From an uncultured Chloroflexia bacterium (GTDB lineage: Bacteria > Chloroflexota > Anaerolineae > Anaerolineales > E44-bin32), in contig CAWBME010000007.1 in assembly GCA_963789825.1 (NCBI GenBank), forward strand, positions 175,806-239,805: DNA of 64,000 nt. Reading direction: 5' to 3'. A model generated the notes under the pieces. The model searched no databases. It was not told where the DNA came from and saw only the letters and a program-made list of their open reading frames with translations. Position numbers and translations under genes: made by a program. Positions 47,987-57,200 of the stretch are shown here, piece by piece. The first letter of the stretch is position 1. Each line of letters opens with the position of its first letter.

Positions 47987-48239
47987 GGAATTGCGGAGAT
48001 TCAGTCCCACCGACGCTTGCCCCCCTCCTTCTTCTCGCACTGCTCCGGGGCGATCCCCAGCATGCACCATAAGGAATTCGCGAAGGGTGCCCGCCGCATG
48101 CGGATCGGCTGGCCGCGTTGGGCGGAGCCGAAGGCATGCTTCCGAGGGCTCCCCTGCTAGCGTTTCCGCAACTCAGATGCCTACGCCAGGCCGGGTGCAA
48201 CGGCGATGCTATAATCCCGGCGGCATAGGGTTTCCCCGC

Positions 48240-50420
48240 ATGGGATTTCCGTCCGCGTTATCGGCAAGCGCTGCAGCAGGCGGTGTGTGGATCGGCGCCG
48301 TCCTGCTCTTGCTTTCGATCCTGCTCACCATTGGCCTGCGCCAGCGCAGCGGCACCGATCCGTCTGCAACGGCGCGCACCTGGCTCCTCGCCGGCGTCGT
48401 GGTCATCGTGTTGCAGGGGGTCGCCCTTGCCTACCCGCTGCTCGCGCTTGGCATGGACGCCCAGCCGGTATTGCTGCCTGCCGTGCGCTGGAGCGCCGAC
48501 ACGCTCTCCTGGATTGCGTTGCTTGGCGCGGCGTGTCTCTCGACCCTGCCGCCGCGCGGCCGGCTCGCCCTCCCGATCTCCGCCGCAGTCGTCTTGCTCG
48601 CCGGCCTCGGGTACGCCTGGGGGAGCGGGCGCGCCGAATCGACCGGCTGCCAGCCGGCGCTCTGGCCGGCGGCCACTTGCCCTCCACCTGCGGGGCTGCT
48701 CCTGCTGGCACTGATCGCCGGCCTGACGATCTCGGCCTCCGCCTGCGCCTGGCTGATCGTGCGCCGACCTACGGGGTGGCGATGGTTCGCGATGGCCGCC
48801 GGCAGCCTCGGTATCGCGGTCTTCCTCGATCTGGCGCTGGCCCGCACCGCCTGGCCGCCGGGACCTTTCGCCTTACTCGCAACCGTCCTGGTCTTCGCCC
48901 AATACCTGCTCGCCGACTTCGGGCCTGAACCGACTGCGGCTCAGCCGCCGGCGGCCCTGCCCCCGAGCACCTCGCCGGCCCACTCGCTCAGGGCGGCAGT
49001 GGACTTTGCGCATCTGATGCAGGCGGGCTCCGTGAGCGAGTTGGCCGACGCCGCCGTCAAGGCCACCGCCCTGGCAACGCGCGTGGAGTTCGTCCTGCTG
49101 CTCTCTCCACCGGACGATCGGGGGCGTTTCTCCGCCGCCAAAGGCTATGACCACATCCGCGAGCGGCCGCTTTCAGGCTTCGCGATGCACGGGCGGGCAT
49201 ACCCCGCCATCCAGGAAGCCCTGGTCGAGCGCCGCGTGCTCGAAGTGACGGACGACCCCAAGCCTCCCGATCTCGAGGGACTGATGGACGAGATGGAGGC
49301 CTACGAGTCCGGCACGCTGCTCTTGCTGCCGATCCTATCCGGCGAGGCGCTGCGCGCCGGGCTGCTCCTGTTCTCGCCGTTCGCCCAGCACCGATGGTCG
49401 ATAGAAGAGAAGGCGCAGTTGGGGCGGCTGTGCAGCCTCTTGGCGGAGCGCTTCACCCAACTTGACCAGCGCTCACCATCGGCAGACGTTGCCGCTGACG
49501 GGATCTCACGCCCCGCCGTAGCAGTTGGGGGCGCGGCATCGCCTGCGCGCGCTTGGAGTGAGCCGCAACCCTCGGCCGGGCAACCATCCGACGAGATGTT
49601 GTTGGTGCTCCAGGAACTGGCCGAGGCCCGCTCGCAGCTGGCGCTGCTCGCCGCGGATCAGCAGGCCCATGCCTCGACGCTCGACCAGGCGGCTGCGCTT
49701 CGGGCGCTTTCCGCCCGGCTGGAGCAGGGACTGCGCTCGGTCTCGAGCTATAGCAGCCTATTGCTCGACGACATCGCTGGCGCCCTGACGACGGTTCAGC
49801 GCAAGTACCTCGAGCGGCTGCACGCCGGCCTGGCACGCTCCCAGGACCTCGCCCAGGACCTGCGCGACCGTCTGGCGCCGGGATCGGAGCTCCTGGAGGA
49901 TGAAGGTGAGTGGGCCGAGCTGGACGCCTGCTTGCAGCAGGTCATGGCACGCTATACTGTCGCCCTGCGCGAACATCAGTTGCGCCTTCAGCTGGACCTG
50001 CCCGAGCGCAGCCCCGTGTTACGGGCTGAGCCCGGCGTGCTGGAGCAGGTGCTCGACAACCTGCTGGCCAACGCAGTGGCCGTCACACCCGATGGCGAGG
50101 ATGTGACCATCACGGCGCACGTGATCCGGGACGCCGGAAGCAGCTACATGCTGCTGGATGTGGCCGACCGTGGCCCGGGGATCGCCACCGAGCACCTGGG
50201 CATGGTGTTCGAGCCGCAGGTCTCCGCCGACGCACACCGGCCAGCCGGGATCCAGGACGGAGGCGCCGGGCTGCCTCTGGTCAAACGCCTGTGTGAAGCG
50301 GTCGGCGGGCGGGTTTGGGTTGACAGCCGGCCGGGTTACGGGACGACGTATACTGCCCTCCTGCCTCTGGCGCCAGGCGAGGCGGGAACCCCGGGCCGCC
50401 CGATGACGTCGGACGGCTGA
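48240..50420 (+). CDS. multi-TM sensor with GAF-like region and HATPase_c domain; H-box His replaced by Gln
   Basis: TGcTATAAT at 48207-15. About 8 N-terminal TM helices. The DHp-like segment is LSARLEQGLRSVSSYSSLLLDD (compare SHELRTPL). N box LDNLLANAV, G1 DRGPGI, G2 GGAGLPLV. Confidence 0.75.
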   Translation: MGFPSALSASAAAGGVWIGAVLLLLSILLTIGLRQRSGTDPSATARTWLLAGVVVIVLQGVALAYPLLALGMDAQPVLLPAVRWSADTLSWIALLGAACLSTLPPRGRLALPISAAVVLLAGLGYAWGSGRAESTGCQPALWPAATCPPPAGLLLLALIAGLTISASACAWLIVRRPTGWRWFAMAAGSLGIAVFLDLALARTAWPPGPFALLATVLVFAQYLLADFGPEPTAAQPPAALPPSTSPAHSLRAAVDFAHLMQAGSVSELADAAVKATALATRVEFVLLLSPPDDRGRFSAAKGYDHIRERPLSGFAMHGRAYPAIQEALVERRVLEVTDDPKPPDLEGLMDEMEAYESGTLLLLPILSGEALRAGLLLFSPFAQHRWSIEEKAQLGRLCSLLAERFTQLDQRSPSADVAADGISRPAVAVGGAASPARAWSEPQPSAGQPSDEMLLVLQELAEARSQLALLAADQQAHASTLDQAAALRALSARLEQGLRSVSSYSSLLLDDIAGALTTVQRKYLERLHAGLARSQDLAQDLRDRLAPGSELLEDEGEWAELDACLQQVMARYTVALREHQLRLQLDLPERSPVLRAEPGVLEQVLDNLLANAVAVTPDGEDVTITAHVIRDAGSSYMLLDVADRGPGIATEHLGMVFEPQVSADAHRPAGIQDGGAGLPLVKRLCEAVGGRVWVDSRPGYGTTYTALLPLAPGEAGTPGRPMTSDG

Positions 50421-50424
50421 CCGG

Positions 50425-51540
50425 GTGCGAGAGGCCGGAGTGACGCATTCCACAGAAGGTACCGCACGCCGCCTGCATGCCCTCGCTCGCCGTGGGCGGC
50501 CAGCGCTGACCCTTGTCGCCGCAAGCCTGCTGATGGCAGGCATCGCCTGCAGCTCGTCCGGCGCTGCCCCTGCCCGCGCTCTTCGACGGCGGCTGTGGCG
50601 GTGGGTGCGGGAAGTACACCGACGCCCTTCTACCCACTGGCGCCCTCGACCACGCCCGACACCACGGCGACTCCCGCGCCTCCGCCACCCACCGCCACGC
50701 CCGCCAACCCGTGGGGGTCGTTCGCCGGCCCAATCGAGGCTTCGGCGATCGAGATCCCCCCCTCGATGCCGGGCTTTGACCTGCCGCCGGGGACCGAAGT
50801 CATCTTGGTGCTCGGCTCCGACGCCCGCCCCGGCGAGACCTTCGGTCGGAACGACACGATCATGCTCGCTGTGGTCGACCGAGAAGCCGGTGATGTCACT
50901 TTGATCTCGGTGCCGCGCGACCTGTACGTGTACATCCCCGGCTGGCGGGTTGACCGGGTCAACACCGCCGAGGTTCGGGGCGGGCTTCCGATGCTGTACG
51001 ACACGATCGAGTACAACTTCGGAATCCGTCCGACCCATGTAGCCCGCGGCAGCTTCACCGGCTTCATGCAGGGAGTCGACCTGCTGGGCGGGATCGAGGT
51101 CCAGTCCGGCGGTTATATGACCGACGAGTGCGGCGGCACGTATCGCAACTACGCGCCGGGCACCTATCACATGGACGGCTTCGAGGCGCTGTGCTACGTG
51201 CGCGTGCGCAAGGCCTCCAGCGATTTCGACCGACTGCGCCGCCAGCAAGAGGTGCTGATCGCCCTGTTCCAGCGGATCGTCAGCCTGAATGGCCTGACCC
51301 GGCTGCCCGAGCTGTACGCTCAGTTTTCCTCGCTGGTTCAGACGGACCTGGCTTTGAATGACCTCCTGGGCCTGCTCCCGGTGGCGACCACGGTCGCCTC
51401 CGATCCGGGCCGCATCCACAGGTTCGAGATCGACACCAGCATGGCCACGGGTTGGCGTGTGCCGGTGAGCGGCGCCTCGGTCTTGCTCCCCAACCGGGAC
51501 GCCATCCAAGCCATGCTGGAGACGGCCCTGTCGACGGTGA
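50425..51540 (+). CDS. LytR-CpsA-Psr (LCP) family protein 1 (frame disrupted near 50580; stop not resolved)
   Basis: N-terminal TM LTLVAASLLMAGIAC is in one frame. The LCP core ILVLGSDARPGETFGRNDTIMLAVVD...LISVPRDLYVYIPG...CYVRVRKASSDFDRLRRQQEV is in ORF 50595-52508. As read it continues in frame into LCP 2. Confidence 0.7.
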
Positions 51541-52971
51541 GGCGCCAGGCTCGCCACCGGGCAGCGCTGCTCGGGGTGGCGTTGATCGCCGTCGGCTGTG
51601 CGCCGCCGGCTACCCCTCCGCCTGGGCCGGCGATCTCGTCGCCGGCACCTGCCTCCCCAGGAGTTGTCGCTCCGCCCTTTCGCACACCGTTCCTCCCTTC
51701 GGACCGAACACCGACGCCGGCGGATTCCCCCTTCTCGACGCCCGCGCCGATGGCCGATCCGAGGTCCACACGTGACACCAGCGAACTCGCGCCCCCGCCC
51801 GCCGAGCCGATCACCTTCGGTCCGCAGGTCACCAACATCTTGCTGCTGGGCTCCGACCGCCGCAGCGGAAGCGCATTCCGAGATGATGTGCTGATCCTGG
51901 TATCCCTCGATCCCGACGAGCAGCGCGCCGTCGTGCTTTCCATCCACGCGCGATCTCTGGGTCTACCTCCCCGATCAGGGCATGCAGCGCATCAACTCCG
52001 CCTTCCTCATCGGCGAGCAGCGTGCACACCCGGGCGGAGGGATGGGTCTGCTTCGGGAAGCGCTGCTGTACAACCTGGGGATCCCGGTGCACCGCTTCGT
52101 TCGAGTCGAGATGCAGGGTTTCGAGGCGTTGGTAGACGCGTTGGGCGGGATCGAAGTGCTGGTCGCCTGCTCGTATACCGACTGGCGCCTCGAGTCTCCC
52201 GAGGCGCCTCCACAAGATCGCGACAGCTGGGAGCTGTTCACGGTGTCTCCCGGTCGGGTGGCGATGGACGGCGAACTTGCACTCTGGTATGCGCGCGCTC
52301 GCGCCCGCTCATCGGACTTCGATCGGTCGCGCCGACAGCAGGAGGTGTTGCGCGCGTTCTACCGGATCGCGCAGCAGCCCAGCATGCTGGCACGCATCCC
52401 TGGGATGTACCAAGCCCTGGCGCCCAATGTTGTGACCGACCTCACCCTGCCCGATCTGCTGGACCTGGCGCCGCTGGCGACGGCGATCGGCCCGGCCTCG
52501 GTGCATAGCCGATTCATCGGCCGCGATCAGGTGGAGAACTACCGCGTGCCCGCCTCAGGCGCTGCGGTGCTGGTCGCCAAGCCCGAAGCGCTGCGCGCCT
52601 TGCTGCAGGAGGCCTTCTCCTCCGGCTCGGCGGCGGATGGAGGTCCGCTGGCCGGGCTTGAGATCGAGGTGGTCGACGCCAGCCGCCGGCCGGGATGGGC
52701 TCAGCTCGCCGCTGAGCGCCTGGCGTACGCCGGCGTCACGACGCTTGGCGCTCCGCCTACCGGGTCGCCCGCCGATCAGACCGTGCTCATCGACACTCAG
52801 CCTGACGACGATCCTGTCCGGCGTGCCCTGCTTGAGGTGCTGGGCCTTGGCACTTCCAGCCTGCAGGAAGACCCCAATCCGGCGGCGGCCGTCCGCTTCC
52901 GGCTGGTCGTAGCCGAGGACTACAACCCCTGCTTTGACCCCACCCGAGGCCGCCAGAGGTCTGGCGGTTGA
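51537..52971 (+). CDS. LytR-CpsA-Psr (LCP) family protein 2 (frame disrupted near 51948)
   Basis: GTG at 51537 (GTGA). RRQARHRAALLGVALIAVGC is a TM/lipobox. A Pro-rich linker follows, then ILLLGSDRRSGSAFRDDVLILVSLD, then in a second frame RDLWVYLPDQGMQRINSAF...WYARARARSSDFDRSRRQQEV. Confidence 0.7.
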
Positions 52972-53005
52972 CATTTGGCCACGTCCCGCATACGATGTGC
53001 GGGAT

Positions 53006-54007
53006 ATGACTACACGCAAGGGAGAGGGTCGAGCCGCCCCACCCGAGCGCAGCGAGGAGCTGCCGCTGTTCTCCCGGCCCTCGGGCCCGGCAACGGCTTC
53101 CCCGCCTTCAGGCCCTGTGCGGCGCGATACCGCCATCAGCGCCGCGGTCAATGCCTGGGGAGAAGCACTGGAGGCAGCCGGACGGTCGATCCACACCGTC
53201 AAGGCTTTCACGGCCGACCTGCGTTTGCTGGCCAAATTCGTCGGCGCCGGCACTCCGGTCGGCGCCATCGCCACCCACGACATCCGCAACTTCCTGGACT
53301 GGATGCTTCATCGCCGGAAGGCCCCTTGCAGCCCCAAGACCTATGCCCGCCGAGTGACGTCGGTCAAGGCCTTCTTCCGCTGGCTGGTCGAATCGGGTGT
53401 GCTCGACGACGACCCGGCCGCACCCATTCCCCAGCAGACCGTGCTCAGCCCGCTCCCCGAGGTGCTCACCCCGGAGGAGGCCCAGGCCGTTCTCGACGTG
53501 GCCGACATCTGGCGCCGCGCCGACAAACCCGATGCACGCCCCTTCACATTGGTCAGCCTGCTCCTGCAAACGGGCATCAAGAAGACCGAATGCCTGACGA
53601 TCCACCTCAACCATATTGATGTGACGGATCGCGAGGGGCCCACGCTGTTCGTGCGCTACGGGGAAGTGCGCAAGCGGTATCGGGAGCGCAAGCTTCCGCT
53701 CGATGCAGACTGGGCCAAGGCCTATCGCGAGTACCTCAGCCAATACACCCCGCGCGACCGCGTCTTCCCTTACTCGCCGCGGCGCCTCGAGTATCTCCTG
53801 GAGGACATTGGCGAGGCCGCCGGCCTGGAGAAGCATCTGTCGTTCAACATGTGCCGCTGGAGCAGCGCCCTGCAAGACCTGCGCGCCGGGGTCGAGCGAG
53901 ACCGCATTCGTCAGAAGCTCGGCTTGTCCAAGATTCAGTGGCGGGAAGTCGGCTTCAAGCTCGATCGGTTGGCGGCGGAAGACGCTGACCCGGACGAAGG
54001 AGCCTGA
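53006..54007 (+). CDS. tyrosine-recombinase (Xer/integrase)-like protein with degenerate catalytic residues
   Basis: SAM-like N-domain: HTVKAFTADLRLLAKFV...IRNFLDWML...KTYARRVTSVKAFFRWLVESGVL. The catalytic-domain layout is present, but LLLQTGIKKTE replaces TGxR, FNMCRWSSA replaces HxLRH, and the tail LGLSKIQWREVGFKL has no Tyr. Confidence 0.65.
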   Translation: MTTRKGEGRAAPPERSEELPLFSRPSGPATASPPSGPVRRDTAISAAVNAWGEALEAAGRSIHTVKAFTADLRLLAKFVGAGTPVGAIATHDIRNFLDWMLHRRKAPCSPKTYARRVTSVKAFFRWLVESGVLDDDPAAPIPQQTVLSPLPEVLTPEEAQAVLDVADIWRRADKPDARPFTLVSLLLQTGIKKTECLTIHLNHIDVTDREGPTLFVRYGEVRKRYRERKLPLDADWAKAYREYLSQYTPRDRVFPYSPRRLEYLLEDIGEAAGLEKHLSFNMCRWSSALQDLRAGVERDRIRQKLGLSKIQWREVGFKLDRLAAEDADPDEGA

Positions 54008-54027
54008 CGAGGCCGAGGCGAGGCGCG

Positions 54028-54057
54028 CAGACGCGGGGCTGGTCAGCCCCGCGTCTG
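54028..54057. terminator. bidirectional stem-loop between convergent genes
   Basis: CAGACGCGGGGCT-ggtc-AGCCCCGCGTCTG is a perfect 13-bp stem. Confidence 0.55.
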
Positions 54058-54106
54058 GGGATGGGCAGAGGCTGCCGGGCGTGCCGGCGCGGCCCTCACC
54101 GCCGGC

Positions 54107-54728
54107 TCACATCTTCTTGACGACGATGTCCCCGATCACATTCGCCGCCTCGTCGCCGCGGTCGGCCGCGTTCGACAGGTGGCGGTAGATCTCGCGCAAC
54201 TTGAGCATCTCGACCAGATGGTCGATGTCCCGCGGGCCGGCGAACAGGTCCGCCACCGCTTCGCGGTAGACCGAACTCCATCCGGTTCTCAAGGGCCTTG
54301 GCGCGCACGGCGTGATCGTTGGCGACGTTGGGGTGATCCTCAAGGCGCTGCACGCCGTTGTGGATCTCGCGGGCGGCGTCGGTGAGCAGCGACACCATTC
54401 GTTCAATGAACGGATTGGGTTGGATCCCCAACAGGGACATCTCTTCCACGGTGGTGTAGGCGTAGTCCAAGATGTCGTCGATTGCCAGCGAGAGGGCGAA
54501 GATATCCTCCCGGTCCAGCGGTGTAACAAACGTCCGGTTGAGTTCGTCGATCAAGATGCGCCGGACCTCGTCGGCCTGACCTTCCATGTCTGAGACCTGC
54601 TGCGCCAACGCCGGATCCGGGAGGCGCACGTACTCCAGCAGCGTCTGCATCCCTTCAAAGGAGAGCTCCGCCTGCTTGATCAGCAGTTCGATGAAGCGGT
54701 TCTGCTTCTTCTTGCTGAAGATGCTCAT
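54107..54728 (-). CDS. DUF47 (PhoU-like, TIGR00153-type) protein (frame disrupted near 54280)
   Basis: MSIFSKKKQNRFIELLIKQAELSFEGMQTLLEYV...MEGQADEVRRILIDELNRTFVTPLDREDIFALSLAIDDILD, then in a second frame VYREAVADLFAG...LKLREIYRHLSNAADRGDEAANVIGDIVVKKM*. GGGAGAGAGG lies upstream of the ATG. Confidence 0.7.
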
Positions 54729-55345
54729 GAAGCGCCTCTCTCCCAGTCGTTCCTCTCGGCGCAGGCTCAGCCGGCCGAGCAATCCCCTGTCGTTGTTGCG
54801 AGGCACGCACTGCCGGTCTGCACCTCGAACCGCCGCCCGCTCAACAGCCTCCCGACCGGGGCTGCTCTGGGGCATGCCCAGTGCGGAGCGCCGGATTGCC
54901 CAGACGATCTTGCCGACGGCGGTCGATCGGATGGGCAGGATTATAGCTCCGATTCGCCGCGGGCCGTAGGGCACGCGGAGAGACAACCTCGCCTCAACCG
55001 GATAGCGACCCCACGATCCGCCTCGTTCGCCGACAGGCAGCGCTCCGTGGCACGTCGAAGTGCATCCAGGCTGGTGGTTGATCCGAGTCGCCCGCATGCT
55101 GGGAGCCGAATTGGCCCGGTTCAATCTCCATGCAGTCCCCGGCTTCTGCCTCTCGTCCAGAAGGAGACCCCACGCGCAGCGGCTACCCCAGGCATACCCA
55201 GAGATCGCGGGGCGGAGGGGAAGCGGTCGCCGGAGGCACGCGAGCGGGAGGAAAGCCGGCCATGTTGCCCGGAACCCTACCGGCTCGCCCCCGTGGCCGC
55301 CGGCGATTGCCGAGAGGCTGGACTGCTTTCGACCAGCGCCTCGCC

Positions 55346-55374
55346 TTGACAGGCGCGCGCCTTGCTTCGACAAT
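55346..55374 (+). promoter_or_regulatory. sigma70-type promoter abutting the era start
   Basis: TTGACA (55346-51), a 17-nt spacer, GACAAT (55369-74), then 6 nt to the GTG at 55381. Confidence 0.45.
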
Positions 55375-55380
55375 AGGCGC

Positions 55381-56298
55381 GTGTCCCACTCCGACTCCCC
55401 TCTCCCCTTCCGCTCAGGGTACGTCGCCATCGTCGGCCCGCCGAACGCCGGCAAGTCGACCCTGGTCAACAGCTGGCTGCAGCAGTCATTGGCGCCGGTC
55501 TCGGCCCGCCCGCAGACAACGATCCGCGCCCTGCTCGGGATCCTGTCGCTACCCTCCGCCCAGATCATCTTCGTCGACACGCCCGGGATCCACCAGCCGC
55601 TCCATCGCCTGGGAGAGACGATGGTTAGCTCGGCGCACTCGTCACTGCGTGACGCCGATGTGGCGCTGGTCGTGTTCGATGCGTCGCGGCCTCCCGGGCC
55701 GGAGGAGGATCTCTGCCTGCAATCGCTGGCGGGCAAGTTCGCCCCTGCGCTCTTCGCCCTGAACAAGATCGACCTGGTGCCCCCGGCCGCATTGCCGTCG
55801 CGCCTGATGGCCTACCAGCGCCGGATCGGCGAGCGGTGGCTCTTCCCGGTCTCCGCCGCCGACGGACGCGGTTTGCCTGAGCTGCTGGAGATGCTGCTCG
55901 ACAGGCTTCCACCCGGCCCGCTGTACTTCGACTCCGACAGCCTGACCGACGCCTACGAGCGCGATATCGCCGCTGATCTCATTCGCGCCGCCTGCCTCGA
56001 GCTGCTGCGCGACGAGGTGCCGTACCAGGTCGCCGTGCGCATCGATGCCTACCTGGAGCCGGATGCGGACCATGCCCGCATCGAAGCCACGCTGCTCACC
56101 GAGAGGGAGAGCCATAAGGCGATCGTGATCGGCAAGGGCGGGCAGATGATCAAACGGATTGGCATGCTGGCCCGCCAACGCATCGAGCAGATGTCGGGCA
56201 GGCAGGTCTTTCTCGGCTTGCGCGTCAAGTCGCTTCCGGGCTGGCGCAGCAACGACCGTCTGCTCGCGGAGCTTGGCTACCGGAGCCAACGCTCTTGA
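55381..56298 (+). CDS. era: GTPase Era
   Basis: RSGYVAIVGPPNAGKSTLVN (G1), DTPGI (G3), NKID (G4), and a C-terminal KH domain (ESHKAIVIGKGGQMIKRIG). Confidence 0.9.
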   Translation: MSHSDSPLPFRSGYVAIVGPPNAGKSTLVNSWLQQSLAPVSARPQTTIRALLGILSLPSAQIIFVDTPGIHQPLHRLGETMVSSAHSSLRDADVALVVFDASRPPGPEEDLCLQSLAGKFAPALFALNKIDLVPPAALPSRLMAYQRRIGERWLFPVSAADGRGLPELLEMLLDRLPPGPLYFDSDSLTDAYERDIAADLIRAACLELLRDEVPYQVAVRIDAYLEPDADHARIEATLLTERESHKAIVIGKGGQMIKRIGMLARQRIEQMSGRQVFLGLRVKSLPGWRSNDRLLAELGYRSQRS

Positions 56299-57188
56299 GC
56301 GCGGCCGCGGAACGCAAGACACGCCGGCGGCGCACTCACAGCAGCGCCTTCGGCGCGCCCGGCAGGATCAGCCACGACTCCCGTCGCTTCTACGGATCGC
56401 GGCTGTACGCCTCCCGCCAGCCGGCCGCCGACGAAGGCCAGGATCACACCCTCCCGTTGGCTCTGCGCGACCGGCTGTTGCTCAAGTCCTCCGAGGACAT
56501 GAGCGAGCTGCCGGACAACTCCGTGCAACTGATGGTTACCTCCCCGCCCTACAATGCAGGCAAAGAATACGACCTTGACCTGTCGCTGGATGAGTATTTG
56601 GCGCTGCTGGAGCGCGTGTTGCGCGAGACCTACCGGGTGCTGAGCACCGGCGGGCGGGCTTGCGTCAACGTCGCCAACCTCGGCCGCAAGCCGTATATCC
56701 CGCTGCATGCCTACCTGATCCAGGTGATGCTCAGTCTCGGCTACCAGATGCGGGGTGAGATCATCTGGAACAAGGCCTCGAGTGCGGGCCCGAGCACCGC
56801 CTGGGGCTCCTGGCGCTCCGCCACCAACCCTGTGTTGCGCGACGTGCACGAGTACATTTTGGTCTTCTCCAAGGGGAGCTTCGCTCGCGACGGGCGCGGG
56901 CACAAGAGCTCGATCGGGCGTGACGAGTTCCTGTCCTGGACCAAGAGCGTCTGGACCATGCCCACGGTCTCCGCCCGTCTGGTCGGCCATCCGGCTCCCT
57001 TCCCGGAGGAGCTGCCGCGTCGGCTGATCGAGCTGTTCAGTTTCGTCGGCGACACCGTGCTCGACCCATTCTGTGGCTCGGGCACGACCTGCCTTGCGGC
57101 GCGCGCCTTGTCGCGCCACTATGTCGGCTACGACATCCATCCGGAGTACTTGTACCTGGCCCAGGAACGCCTGGCCCGGCAGGCATGA
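56295..57188 (+). CDS. beta-class N4/N6 DNA methyltransferase (SPPY type)
   Basis: Motif IV is LMVTSPPYN, upstream of motif I DPFCGSGTT. This is the PF01555-like order. The TTG start overlaps the era TGA (TTGA). Confidence 0.8.
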   Translation: MSAAAERKTRRRRTHSSAFGAPGRISHDSRRFYGSRLYASRQPAADEGQDHTLPLALRDRLLLKSSEDMSELPDNSVQLMVTSPPYNAGKEYDLDLSLDEYLALLERVLRETYRVLSTGGRACVNVANLGRKPYIPLHAYLIQVMLSLGYQMRGEIIWNKASSAGPSTAWGSWRSATNPVLRDVHEYILVFSKGSFARDGRGHKSSIGRDEFLSWTKSVWTMPTVSARLVGHPAPFPEELPRRLIELFSFVGDTVLDPFCGSGTTCLAARALSRHYVGYDIHPEYLYLAQERLARQA

Positions 57189-57200
57189 GGCGGTGAGGCG

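Noticed and set aside
50019-51947. 642-aa minus-strand ORF
   Set aside because: It is antisense to the LCP genes and the kinase 3' end. It has an extreme Arg/Gly/Pro composition. This is a high-GC artefact.
55095-55125. GGCCCGGTTCAATCTCC, a T-loop-like motif (possible tRNA/tmRNA end)
   Set aside because: I could not fold a flanking T stem, an acceptor stem or a tmRNA 5' partner.
55248-55262. GAGGAAAGCCGGCC resembling the RNase P RNA P4 string GAGGAAAGTCCGGGC
   Set aside because: Only ~130 nt remain before era, and no matching 3' P4 strand (ACAGAA..GGCTTA) is present. There is insufficient room and signature for RNase P RNA.
54096-55766. 556-aa minus-strand ORF
   Set aside because: Only its last ~150 codons (the DUF47 N-terminal part) are real. 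The rest runs antisense through era and the intergenic region with nonsense composition.
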